A stretch of 64,000 nt of DNA, taken from NCBI GenBank assembly GCA_947586205.1, contig CANPXO010000001.1:4164-68163 (forward strand). Direction: 5' to 3'. Shown here piece by piece: positions 18,334 to 28,156 of the stretch (position 1 is the first letter of the stretch; each line of letters begins with the position of its first letter). This stretch comes from an uncultured Bacilli bacterium (lineage in GTDB: Bacteria; Bacillota_I; Bacilli_A; RF39; UBA660). The notes under the pieces were generated by a model that was given only the letters and a program-made list of their open reading frames with translations, searched no databases and was not told where the DNA came from. Both the position numbers and the translations under genes were made by a program.

Positions 18334-19341
18334 TTATTCCTCAACTTTCTTTCTATATTCTAATACTTTTTTATTATAAACCTCATTCACATTTTTGTCT
18401 AGACGATAATCCGTAAGTGTATAATTCTCTTTTAAAATTTTAGCAAAATATTTTGATAATTTTGTTGCTCCCGATAAATTAAGATGCAGTCCTCCATCAT
18501 AGGTATCAGTATTAAAATCTAAGCCAATCTCTTCTTTCACCTTAGTAAAATTATAGTAATCTAAATCATGAGACTTCGCATACTCCACAACTTGACTTTC
18601 ATATTCATCATACCAATAAGGATATAAACTTGGTGCTTTCATGAGAACTAGTTTGATACCATGTTCTTTACATAATTCATAAATTTTTTCTAAATATTCC
18701 ATATTTTCTTTCGAAAACTCATAGGTTGGGAGAATCTTTTTGGTAGGAAGAGCCCCAGCTGGCCGAACCTCTTTATTAATTAAAAAACCATTAAATGTAT
18801 TTCTTTTATCCATAAAGAAATATTTAAAATCTTCTCCACTTAATTCACTAAAACGAGAGTGATAACGAAGTATTGGAAAAACATAAGACCAAAAATTTTC
18901 TTCTTTTGTCATAGAAGCCCTTATTAAATCCACTTTTTCTTGAGACCATTTCATTTGATCAATCATCAAACGGTTATACCCTTCACTTTTTTCTTCTTCT
19001 CCATAACGTAGAGAATTCACATTAAAAACAACAATCTTTGGAATTTCATATCTTAAAGTTTCTTTTAGTAAATAATAGGATTGATGAATGAGTTGTTGAG
19101 AGTTTCCTCTTACATAAGCCGTGATCCCTTCTTCTTCATAAAGCACCATGGGAGAGATATTTGCATAAACCTCGCAATCACCTAAAAAGATAATTTCATG
19201 ATTTTTTTCTTCTTCATAGAAGGCCGCGGTCATACTTCCTTCGACTAAGGAATCCCCATATTTTGGAGAAACAAGACGATTTAAGCCCAGAAAAACAATA
19301 AGTGTAAGTAAAATGATGATGAAACTTCGAATCCATTTCAT
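18334..19341 (-). CDS. DltD/AlgJ-like membrane-anchored protein (partner of the MBOAT acyltransferase)
   Basis: An N-terminal signal anchor. It lies immediately downstream of an MBOAT gene in an AlgI/AlgJ- or DltB/DltD-like arrangement. Confidence 0.45.
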   Translation of the reverse strand: MKWIRSFIIILLTLIVFLGLNRLVSPKYGDSLVEGSMTAAFYEEEKNHEIIFLGDCEVYANISPMVLYEEEGITAYVRGNSQQLIHQSYYLLKETLRYEIPKIVVFNVNSLRYGEEEKSEGYNRLMIDQMKWSQEKVDLIRASMTKEENFWSYVFPILRYHSRFSELSGEDFKYFFMDKRNTFNGFLINKEVRPAGALPTKKILPTYEFSKENMEYLEKIYELCKEHGIKLVLMKAPSLYPYWYDEYESQVVEYAKSHDLDYYNFTKVKEEIGLDFNTDTYDGGLHLNLSGATKLSKYFAKILKENYTLTDYRLDKNVNEVYNKKVLEYRKKVEE

Positions 19342-19355
19342 AAAGACTCTCCTTT

Positions 19356-20627
19356 CTAAAATTTGCTGTAAATAAAATCAGTCACTTCAAACCCAATTCC
19401 ATAAACTCCAAAAAGTAAAATGACTAAAACAAGAACACAAGGAACAAGAGTTTTCCATTCAATAGAAGAACGTTTCCAAAAGCTTATCCATTTCTCACTT
19501 TGAAAGTCATAGAGGAATAAAATAAACACACTTACTAGAAGAACAATCCAGTTTCCAATATCTAAAGTAAGAGATAAAATATTTTGAAATAAAGCTAAGT
19601 AATTTCCAGTTGTAAAGATACTTAAAAACATTTTAGATGCAGTAAGTGCACTACTAGGATATAAGAAGAACACCCATACCAAAGACACCAAAACAAAAGT
19701 GATCAAACGATTTAAGATTTTAGACTTTGTAGAAAAAAATCTTGAAAAAGCAACAAATATGCCATGGCAAACACCCCATAAAAGATAACTTGTTCCATGC
19801 CATAAACCAGAAACTAAAAATGTTATAAAGACATTTATTTTTTGTCTTATTTTACCACACCGATTTCCTCCTAAAGAAATATAGATATAGTCTCTTAACC
19901 ATGTACTTAATGCGATATGCCAACGATTCCAAAATTCTTTCACACTTTCAGACTGAAATGGTGAACGAAAATTTTCTTTTAGATGAATTCCAAAACAATT
20001 CGATAAACCTAAAACCATATCAATTCCCCCACTAAAATCAGCATAAAGTTGAATCGAATATAAGAAACAGGCGAAGATTACATAGGACCCTTGATAAAGA
20101 GTTGTATCGCTTGTAATAAGTGATGTTACCATCGCGATTCGGTTCGCAATCACTAGTTTCTTAAAAAGTCCCCATAAAATTCTAACTAATCCATCATAAA
20201 TTTCTTGTTTTGTTCCTATTTTATTAGAAACCAAATCTTCTTTCACATCAGAGAGTCTTGAAATAGGTCCAATGAATAAATAAGGAAAATAAAAAACGTA
20301 AAGGAGATAGGTGAAAAGATTTTTTTCTCTTTCTATTTTTCCACGATATACATCTACGACATAAGAAATGACTTGCAAAGTATAATAAGAGATTCCAAGA
20401 GGCGCGATGATACTGGTAAAATGAAAGACTTCTTGAAATTTTAAAGTCAGTAAAATTCCTACATTAAATACAAGAAAAAGAAGAAGCCACATTCTTTTAT
20501 GATTTCCTTTAAAACACTTAGTAACATAAAAGCTTGAAAGCGCACTAAAAAGAAGGAAAAAAATTCCAGTCGACCCAAAATAAATATAAATCAGTATACT
20601 AAAAAGGAATAAAAATATTTTTTTCAT
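19356..20627 (-). CDS. Membrane-bound O-acyltransferase (MBOAT; AlgI/DltB family)
   Basis: A polytopic membrane protein with the conserved motif FWNRWHIALSTWLRDYIYISLGGNR, and a second conserved His in WHGTSYLLWGVCHG. Confidence 0.75.
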   Translation of the reverse strand: MKKIFLFLFSILIYIYFGSTGIFFLLFSALSSFYVTKCFKGNHKRMWLLLFLVFNVGILLTLKFQEVFHFTSIIAPLGISYYTLQVISYVVDVYRGKIEREKNLFTYLLYVFYFPYLFIGPISRLSDVKEDLVSNKIGTKQEIYDGLVRILWGLFKKLVIANRIAMVTSLITSDTTLYQGSYVIFACFLYSIQLYADFSGGIDMVLGLSNCFGIHLKENFRSPFQSESVKEFWNRWHIALSTWLRDYIYISLGGNRCGKIRQKINVFITFLVSGLWHGTSYLLWGVCHGIFVAFSRFFSTKSKILNRLITFVLVSLVWVFFLYPSSALTASKMFLSIFTTGNYLALFQNILSLTLDIGNWIVLLVSVFILFLYDFQSEKWISFWKRSSIEWKTLVPCVLVLVILLFGVYGIGFEVTDFIYSKF

Positions 20628-20741
20628 AACATTCTCCTTTATTTATTTTATTATACTATAGAGATTTTTAAAAAACAAGAAACCAAAAAAATAAAGAGTT
20701 TTTAATTTAAACTCTTTATTTCATTCCTATAAGGATTATTC

Positions 20742-22334
20742 TTATTCATAAATAGCTTTGTAAACATTCATTTTAACACCATAAACGGTTTCGTTCTCTG
20801 TTACTTCCCATCCTTTAAATTTCTTACCATTGACATAAGTAGGCACATATTGTATCCAACTACTATCTACTCCACCACGACGACCTATAATAGCTTCATT
20901 AACAAGAGCATTAGACCCTGGTGCTTTAAAGATATTGAATTCAGATTCAAATTTAGCAAACCAAATCCATCCATAATCATCACAATGATCAAGACCAGTA
21001 GGACAAGTAATTTTTTGTCCATTTTCTTTCGTATCTACTTGAATGGCATTATCTGCTTGTTTCGCTGCAGATTGTAAAACTTGTGATTTAAATTCTGTTT
21101 GAACAGATGATTTTGCTTGTTCTTTTTCTTTTAAACTTTCTGTAGACTCTCTTGCAGCTCTTTCCTGAGCTTCTTTTTCTGCTTGTTCTTGTGCAGCTCT
21201 TTCAGCTGCTTCTCTTTCAGCTCTTGCCTTAGCAGCAGCTTCCGCTTTTTCAGCTTCTAGTTTAGCAAGTTCTTCTTTTTCTTTTTGCTCACTTCTAGCA
21301 GCTGCTTCTAGTGCCCATTGAGGTAAAGTATTGTTTTCAGTTTTAGTTTCTTCTTCGGTGGCTTTCTTTGTTGCCTCAGTAGCTTTACGAGCCTCTTCTG
21401 CTTTTTGAGCTGCTGCCTTTCTCTCTGCTTCTTCTTGAGCTAATCTTTCTTTTTCAAGTCTTCTTGCCTCTGCAACAGCTTCTCTTTCTGCCGCTGCTTT
21501 TTTAGCTTCTTCTTGAGCTTTTTTGGCTTCTTCAGCCTTACGATTTTCTTCTTCTTGAGCAAGTCTTGCTTCTTCGGCTTTTTTATTAGCTTCTTCTGCT
21601 AATCTTTTTGCTTCTTCATCATTTTTAGCTTCTTCAGCAGCTTTTCTTGCTTCCTCAAGTTTTCTAGTCTCTTCTTCTGCTACCTTTCTTGCTTCCTCAG
21701 CTTTACGAGCTTCCTCTTCTGCTTTTTTTGCAGCTTCCACTCTTTTAGCCTCTTCTTCTGCTGCTTTTCTTACTTCTTCCGCTTTACGTGCTTGTTCTTC
21801 AGCTTTTTCTTTTGCTTCGGCAGCTTTTTGAGCTTCTTCCTCAGCAAGTTTTTTAGCTTCTTCAGCCTTTTTAGCAGCTTCGTCAGCTAATCTTTTTTCT
21901 TCAGCCGCTCTTTCTGCTTCTGCTTCAGCAGCTTTTACTTTTTCTTCGGCTGCTTTTCTATCTGCATCTGTCTTTGCAGATTCCATTTGTTCTTTAGCTT
22001 TATTTTTGGCTTCCTCGGCTTTTTTTACCGTTTCCTCTGCATTCTTTACAGCATTTTGAGCAGTTTCTAAATTTTTTACAGCCGTCTCCTTAGCCTCAGT
22101 CTTCTTATTGAATTCTTCATTTGCTGCGTCGACTTTTGCATTTGCTTCACGAACGTCCTCTTCTGCTTCTATTAAAGCAGCTGATTTCTCAACAGGAAGA
22201 ACTTGGTTTTCATAAAAGCCATAAATATTATTGTTATTTGCATTTAAAGCTTGAGTGACTCCAAGAGCACACACTCCAACCGTAGCAGTACCTAAAACAA
22301 TTCCACCAATCATTTTTACTGATAACTTTTTCAT
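20742..22334 (-). CDS. Secreted protein with a long charged E/A/K/R-rich single-alpha-helix-like region and a Cys-containing C-terminal domain (paralog 1)
   Basis: Signal peptide, a ~300-aa (AEEAKKAEEEARKAEE)n region and a distinct C-terminal ~130 aa. It is about 90% DNA-identical to the neighbour over the 5' end and promoter. The start was set at the ATG (MKKLSV) that has a GGGAG RBS. Confidence 0.6.
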   Translation of the reverse strand: MKKLSVKMIGGIVLGTATVGVCALGVTQALNANNNNIYGFYENQVLPVEKSAALIEAEEDVREANAKVDAANEEFNKKTEAKETAVKNLETAQNAVKNAEETVKKAEEAKNKAKEQMESAKTDADRKAAEEKVKAAEAEAERAAEEKRLADEAAKKAEEAKKLAEEEAQKAAEAKEKAEEQARKAEEVRKAAEEEAKRVEAAKKAEEEARKAEEARKVAEEETRKLEEARKAAEEAKNDEEAKRLAEEANKKAEEARLAQEEENRKAEEAKKAQEEAKKAAAEREAVAEARRLEKERLAQEEAERKAAAQKAEEARKATEATKKATEEETKTENNTLPQWALEAAARSEQKEKEELAKLEAEKAEAAAKARAEREAAERAAQEQAEKEAQERAARESTESLKEKEQAKSSVQTEFKSQVLQSAAKQADNAIQVDTKENGQKITCPTGLDHCDDYGWIWFAKFESEFNIFKAPGSNALVNEAIIGRRGGVDSSWIQYVPTYVNGKKFKGWEVTENETVYGVKMNVYKAIYE

Positions 22335-22554
22335 AAGCATCTCCCTTTCAAACTCATTTTTATAACGTGATTACATAATATTATATGAAAAATGTCAAGT
22401 ACAAGTGTAAAGCCAAAATGTAAAGCTTGACTCCACAAAGAAATGAAATTTTCATATATCATATTTCATTTACTCTTAGAATACTCCACAAATAAAAAAG
22501 AGCTCTTTTAAAATTTAAACGAACCCTTTATTTAATTTATACAATTTCTATGAA

Positions 22555-24420
22555 TTAAAAATCATGTTGATTTACGTGTTTGTTTGGTCCACAAACCCAG
22601 TAATAGTAATCGTTTCCATCCTTGTCTTTCGCCCACTCTATGTCACAACCATAATTTTCCCTGTATTTTTTTTCTAATTCAAGAACTGCATCATTACTTA
22701 AATCTAATTCATTAGCAGTAGGAACTTTAGTACTATTAGCATTTGCTAAAACAATTTCAAAACTTCTAGTCTTATTATTTCCTAATACTGTACCTTTTAA
22801 ATAACATATATAACCAGCGCCATTAATACCAATATCAATCATTACTGTATCAGTAGCAACAGTATCACCATAATAAGTAGAAAGCCATTCATTAAATTGT
22901 TTATTTGAAACAGCTACACGATAGAACTTAATATTTGAACCCATACCATTATAAGCCTCGCCTTTTAAACTACTCTCTGTAAGAGATGTAGCACTTGCAA
23001 GGAATCTTAATTTTTTAACTAATTCTAATTCAATAACTCCTACTGTTCTTTTTCCACTAAATTGCATAGTCCAACCTGCCATACCTTTAATGCTACTTGC
23101 GTCTGGAATAGTCCAAAGAGATGGAGACATTGATCTAAATAAAGATACTTGTTTAGCATTAACATTTGAGGTATTCGTATATGAATATAACACACCCTTA
23201 TCAGAACCATTATAATAAACAATTAATTCTGTTCCACTATTATTATCATACATTTTTGTCCATTGTTCCTTAACATTACGAACTGTTAAACTATTAGCTC
23301 CTGCAGTTTTCGTTACTGCATTTTTAATCGTTGTAACCGCATCTTCACTTGGACTAGGATCTTCAACAACGCTAGGAGTACTATTAGACTGAGTAACACT
23401 TGGTGTTTGTTCTTCAACAATTGGTTTTGTTTCCGCTACACTCTGAGTTGTTGCTTTTTTTGAAGCTTCTGCCTCTGCAGCTTTACGAGCTTGTTCTGCT
23501 GCTTGTCTTTCAGCTTCCTCTTTAGCTAATCTTTCTTTTTCAAGTCTTCTTGCTTCTGCAACAGCTTCTCTTTCTGCTGTTGCTTTTTGAGCTTCTTCTT
23601 GAGCTTTTTTGGCTTCTTCTGCCTTACGATTTTCTTCTTCTTGAGCAAGTCTTGCTTCTTCTGCTTTTCTATTAGCCTCTTCTGCTAATCTTTTTGCTTC
23701 TTCAACATTTTTAGCTTCTTCAGCAGCTTTTCTTGCTTCCTCAAGTTTTTGAGCCTCTTCTTCTGCTACCTTTCTTGCTTCCTCAGCCTTACGAGCTTCC
23801 TCTTCAGCTTTTTTTGCAGCTTCTACTCTTTGAGCCTCTTCTTCGGCAGCTTTTCTTACTTCTTCCGCTTTACGTGCTTGTTCTTCAGCAACCTTTTTAG
23901 CTTCCTCAGCTTTTTGAGCTTCTTCCTCTGCAAGTTTTTTAGCTGCTTCTGCCTTTTGAGCAGCTTCGTCAGCTAATCTTTTTTCTTCAGCCGCTCTTTC
24001 TGCTTCCGATTCAGCAGCTTTTACTTTTTCTTCAGCTGCTTTTCTTTCTTCATCTGTTTTTGCAGATTTTACTTGTTCTTCAGCTTTCTTTTTAGCATCC
24101 TCGGCTTTTTTAACTGTTTCTTCTGCATTTTTTACAGCATTTTTAGCAGTTTCTAAATTTTTAACCGCGGTTTCTTTCGCTTCTGTTTTCTTATTGAATT
24201 CTTCATTCGCTGCATCAACTTTTGCATTAGCTTCACGAACATCTTCTTCTGCTTCTATTAAAGCATTTGATTTTTCAACTGGAAGAACTTCATTCTCATA
24301 AAAGCCATAAAGATTATTGTGATTCGCATTTAAAAATTGACTTGCTCCAAGAGCACACGCTCCAACAGCAGCAGTACCTATAACAATTCCACCAATCATT
24401 TTTACTGATAACTTTTTCAT
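22555..24420 (-). CDS. Secreted EAK-rich charged-helix protein, paralog 2, with a larger, different C-terminal domain
   Basis: The N-terminal 330 aa are near-identical to paralog 1. The C-terminal ~290 aa are unrelated to paralog 1. The start was adjusted from a TTG to the ATG with a GAGGGAGAGAG RBS. Confidence 0.6.
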   Translation of the reverse strand: MKKLSVKMIGGIVIGTAAVGACALGASQFLNANHNNLYGFYENEVLPVEKSNALIEAEEDVREANAKVDAANEEFNKKTEAKETAVKNLETAKNAVKNAEETVKKAEDAKKKAEEQVKSAKTDEERKAAEEKVKAAESEAERAAEEKRLADEAAQKAEAAKKLAEEEAQKAEEAKKVAEEQARKAEEVRKAAEEEAQRVEAAKKAEEEARKAEEARKVAEEEAQKLEEARKAAEEAKNVEEAKRLAEEANRKAEEARLAQEEENRKAEEAKKAQEEAQKATAEREAVAEARRLEKERLAKEEAERQAAEQARKAAEAEASKKATTQSVAETKPIVEEQTPSVTQSNSTPSVVEDPSPSEDAVTTIKNAVTKTAGANSLTVRNVKEQWTKMYDNNSGTELIVYYNGSDKGVLYSYTNTSNVNAKQVSLFRSMSPSLWTIPDASSIKGMAGWTMQFSGKRTVGVIELELVKKLRFLASATSLTESSLKGEAYNGMGSNIKFYRVAVSNKQFNEWLSTYYGDTVATDTVMIDIGINGAGYICYLKGTVLGNNKTRSFEIVLANANSTKVPTANELDLSNDAVLELEKKYRENYGCDIEWAKDKDGNDYYYWVCGPNKHVNQHDF

Positions 24421-24584
24421 AAACTCTCTCCCTCTCAAATTTATTTATAACGTGATTATACAACATTATATGCAAAATGTCAAGTGTAAGTGTAAAGCTG
24501 AAATGTAAAGATTGACTCTACAAAGAAATGAAATTTTCATAGATCATGTTTCATTTATTTTTAGAATACTACAAAATGGAAAAC

Positions 24585-25346
24585 TTATTCATCTATGTTT
24601 CTTTTAAATCCTTTTTGATATAGCTTTCTTTTTACTTGAAATTCCAATTCTTCCCCCGCATACTTTCTAGATAATTTCTTTCTTAATTTTTCTTCTTCTT
24701 TTTTCATAAGTTCTACACTATTTTCTAAATGAATATCTTCGACTAGAGAAGAACTCATCTCATGAGGATACCCCACGGTATATAAATATTGACTAAGCTT
24801 TCTTTTAAAGACCATCTCACTATTCTTTTTATTACTCTGTATTCTTTTCTGAATAATTTTCTTTATTTTTTCTTCCCAAACCTCCCTCGGAACTTCATCA
24901 AGTCTTTTTTCTATCGTTTCTTTTTCGATTCCCAAATCGATTAAAGCTCTTTCCATTTTTAAAGGTCCCTCATTCGTAAACTTTACATTATCATTTACAT
25001 AATAGTTTACATACTTTTCATCATCAAGAAAATGATTTTCTTTTAATGCTTGAATAACTCTTTCTACAATCTCTTTAGAAACTTCATCTTTTTTTAAATA
25101 GTTTCTCATTTCTTTCTCAGTCCGCATTTTTTTCTCTAAATAACCACAACACTTTTGATAACTGACTTCCATGTCATTTTCTTTTTGAATTTCTTCAATC
25201 TCTTTTTCAGTAAGCATTTTTTTCAAGAAAACTTCATGATGAATCATCACATTTTCAAGAAGTATTAGACTTTCTTTCGTATCTAAAACAACTTCATACA
25301 TTGATTTTTTCTTTTTGATAATTTTTAAAATTTTCATGTGAACCAC
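24585..25346 (-). CDS. recX: Regulatory protein RecX
   Basis: A ~250-aa protein with three-helix repeat modules, and motifs like Firmicute RecX (..YQKGF...). Confidence 0.55.
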   Translation of the reverse strand: MVHMKILKIIKKKKSMYEVVLDTKESLILLENVMIHHEVFLKKMLTEKEIEEIQKENDMEVSYQKCCGYLEKKMRTEKEMRNYLKKDEVSKEIVERVIQALKENHFLDDEKYVNYYVNDNVKFTNEGPLKMERALIDLGIEKETIEKRLDEVPREVWEEKIKKIIQKRIQSNKKNSEMVFKRKLSQYLYTVGYPHEMSSSLVEDIHLENSVELMKKEEEKLRKKLSRKYAGEELEFQVKRKLYQKGFKRNIDE

Positions 25347-25386
25347 CTATTCCATTATAAAATGATTTGATAAAAAAAGCCACTCT

Positions 25387-26535
25387 TTACGGTAGCTCAA
25401 TTTCAACATCACTTAAAGGATACGTCACACAAGGATGAATATATTTTAAATCTACATCTTTTTTTCTTAATGCCGATGTATCGGTTTTTACAGTTCCACT
25501 TAATAGCTTACTACGACAGTATCCACAAACACCAACAGTACAATGAACTGGAGCACTAAAACGTCCTTCTTCCATACTTTGCACTAAAGTCTCACTGGAT
25601 TTACAAGGAATCACAGTCACATTCCCTTTTTGATGAATCGTAAGTTCATATATCTCTTCTTCATCAGTTTCTAAAGGGTCTCTAAATTCTTCATGACGAA
25701 TAAACTTATTAGGAATATCTAATTTAATAAAAATCTCATTTAATGCTTGATACATCGCAACCGGTCCTGATACAAAGAAAGTTTTTCCTTCCAGATTTAA
25801 GCTTCTTAATAATTCTTCATCCATAAGTCCATACGGATAATCGTCTCTTTTTTCTTCACTTAATAAATAAGTGACTTTAAAATTTTTATTCTTTTTTGCT
25901 AGTTCATCAAATTCTTTTTTCCATAAAATATCGTTCACTGTCTTTGTTCCATACACAAGTGCAATACTTGAAACTTTCTTTGATTTTAATAAATCAAAAA
26001 TCATCGACCGAACCCCAGTGATTCCACTTCCTCCCGCAAGACAAATAATATCACTAGAATCTCGGATCATACTATAATGGAAATGCCCAAAAGGTCCATA
26101 AACTGTAAACTTGTCATTTTCTTTACAATCATAACACATATAATGTGAAACAATTCCATTCTTTTCTTCTTGAATCGTAATCCGATATTCTTTTAAGGAA
26201 TCTGTATCTGAACTAATCGTATAAGGTCTTTTATAAATTCTTCCATTGGTATGAACTTCTAAAGTAATATAAGAACCTGCTTGGAAAGGTGGCATAGATT
26301 CACCATCTTCTCTTTTGATCCAAAAAGATTTGGTATTCTCATTTTCTTCAACAATTTTAGTCACAACTACTTCCATTTGGGAAGGATGAAAAACAGAAAC
26401 GAATTCATTCACCGCATAACTATACTTGGGTAAATCTTTAGAAGAATGTTTGGTAATATCTCTTCGACCTAAAGCTAAATCATTAAATTTCGCAAATACT
26501 TTCTTTTGATCTTTTTCCATAACAATATCTTTCAT
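25387..26535 (-). CDS. FNR-like oxidoreductase with a C-terminal plant-type [2Fe-2S] ferredoxin domain (PDR/VanB-type reductase) and a ~100-aa N-terminal extension
   Basis: RPYTISS (RxY[ST] FAD site), LAGGSGITG (NAD(P) site) and a C-terminal CTVGVCGYC...C (C-x4-C-x2-C...C). Confidence 0.65.
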   Translation of the reverse strand: MKDIVMEKDQKKVFAKFNDLALGRRDITKHSSKDLPKYSYAVNEFVSVFHPSQMEVVVTKIVEENENTKSFWIKREDGESMPPFQAGSYITLEVHTNGRIYKRPYTISSDTDSLKEYRITIQEEKNGIVSHYMCYDCKENDKFTVYGPFGHFHYSMIRDSSDIICLAGGSGITGVRSMIFDLLKSKKVSSIALVYGTKTVNDILWKKEFDELAKKNKNFKVTYLLSEEKRDDYPYGLMDEELLRSLNLEGKTFFVSGPVAMYQALNEIFIKLDIPNKFIRHEEFRDPLETDEEEIYELTIHQKGNVTVIPCKSSETLVQSMEEGRFSAPVHCTVGVCGYCRSKLLSGTVKTDTSALRKKDVDLKYIHPCVTYPLSDVEIELP

Positions 26536-26539
26536 TTTA

Positions 26540-28048
26540 TCACTCTCCTAAAGTTTTCATGGCTACATCTTCACCATTCAAATATGTAGAACTAAAATCT
26601 GACAATCGTGATCCAAATCCCCCACAGAATCGGAGTCCTTTAATTCTCGTCTCTTCTTCTTCACTAAAGATTCTTGGTAAAAGATTATCATATCCTTTGG
26701 CCATATAACCATAGATAGCTCCACTAGGATGTCCTGTATATCTTGCAAAAGTAAGTGGTGTGGCTATTTCTATTTCTTCAATATATTTACGAATGGAAAT
26801 ACCAGTCGTTTCTTCAAAACAGCGAATGAGATAATCTCCAAATTGTTCTTTGACATCAAAATAGTTTTCTTTACTTACTAACTTATCAAATCCATCTCCA
26901 AAAATAAGAGAAGTTAAAGTAAGAATACATGTTCCATCAGGAGAAGCTTTGGCATTTATCACATTAGGAACAAACCCAACTACATTTCCATGAAAAACTT
27001 CTTGCATTTTTTTATATTCCACTTTACTATTTAAATTATTAGAAAGAAAATAAGTAGAATGATGAAGTCCTATATCTTCCAAAGAAGCATTAAGTCCCAA
27101 GTAAACAGTAATTTCTCGTGCCCCTAAAATCCTTTCATTTTCTAATTGACAATTTTCTACAGGAACATTTTCTTTTTGAATCATTTTCCCATAAACGACC
27201 TTAGGACTAAGGTTAGCAATCACATGAGAAGTCGCGAAAGTTTGATCTTTTGTTTGTACACCAGTCACTTCCCCATCTTCCACATCAATTTTTTCAACTT
27301 CCGATAAATAATAAATCGTTCCTCCAGCACTTTTAAATTCATTTTCCAAAGCTCTAGACAATTCATGAGAAGTATATTTAGGAATCGCTGGTCCATAAAG
27401 AACATAAGAATATACAATACTTGCATAATGAACAAAACTAACATCATCAATGGCACTTCCAAAATAAACCCAGTAAGTAGATAAGATTTCAATTGCTTTT
27501 TTAGGCATTTTGATTTTTTCTAACACAGCATCGACTTTATAAGGAGCAAGCTGAACAAAATTAGGAAACTTTTGATATAAGTCTTTTTCATCTATAGTAC
27601 CCTTCTCTGAATGTAAATAAGACAAAGCATCTTTAATGTCTTCGCATAATCCAAAAAATGTGGTCATCGCATCGCGACTTCCAGGCACATATTCTTCCAT
27701 TTTTTCAATAAAATGATCTACTCCAACAGGCATGGTATATTCATCTTTTGTTAATTTATCAATCACATGAAAAGTTTCCTGAGCTTGCATCATTTCTATT
27801 TTAGAATCAATCCCTAATCTTTCAAACAGTGAATCAATCTCACCATTATTTCCTACGCCACCATAACCACATAATTCATGAGTTCTTACATCAAATTCAA
27901 ATCTTCCTCTTCGAAAAGAAGTAGCAAGCCCTCCTGGTGCAAGTCCCTTTTCTAAAATGAGTACTTTTTTTCCCTTTTTTTGTAATGTTAAAGCTGAGAC
28001 AAGTCCACCATTTCCAGCTCCTATGACAATACAATCAAATTTTTCCAT
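26540..28048 (-). CDS. FAD-dependent oxidoreductase (phytoene-desaturase/amine-oxidase-like family)
   Basis: N-terminal dinucleotide-binding motif DCIVIGAGNGGLVSALTL...LILEKGLAPGG. The 502-aa size is typical of CrtI-like enzymes. Confidence 0.65.
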   Translation of the reverse strand: MEKFDCIVIGAGNGGLVSALTLQKKGKKVLILEKGLAPGGLATSFRRGRFEFDVRTHELCGYGGVGNNGEIDSLFERLGIDSKIEMMQAQETFHVIDKLTKDEYTMPVGVDHFIEKMEEYVPGSRDAMTTFFGLCEDIKDALSYLHSEKGTIDEKDLYQKFPNFVQLAPYKVDAVLEKIKMPKKAIEILSTYWVYFGSAIDDVSFVHYASIVYSYVLYGPAIPKYTSHELSRALENEFKSAGGTIYYLSEVEKIDVEDGEVTGVQTKDQTFATSHVIANLSPKVVYGKMIQKENVPVENCQLENERILGAREITVYLGLNASLEDIGLHHSTYFLSNNLNSKVEYKKMQEVFHGNVVGFVPNVINAKASPDGTCILTLTSLIFGDGFDKLVSKENYFDVKEQFGDYLIRCFEETTGISIRKYIEEIEIATPLTFARYTGHPSGAIYGYMAKGYDNLLPRIFSEEEETRIKGLRFCGGFGSRLSDFSSTYLNGEDVAMKTLGE

Positions 28049-28127
28049 TTCCAGTCACCCTTATTCTATTTCAAGTATATCAAAAACAGCCAAAAATCAC
28101 AAGATTTTTGTTGTCATTCGTAAGTAT

Positions 28128-28150
28128 CAAAAAGAGAAAGATGCACTCTT
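28128..28150 (-). terminator. Intrinsic terminator downstream of the Rpn-like gene
   Basis: Hairpin AGAGAAAGAGTGCATCTTTCTCT followed by TTTTG on the minus strand. Confidence 0.4.
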
Positions 28151-28156
28151 TCTCTT

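Noticed and set aside
20742-24438. EAK-rich DNA as a non-coding tandem repeat or variable-number tandem repeat (VNTR)
   Set aside because: The repetitiveness is at the amino-acid level (degenerate AEEAKK heptads) inside long intact ORFs with signal peptides. It is not an exact DNA tandem repeat.
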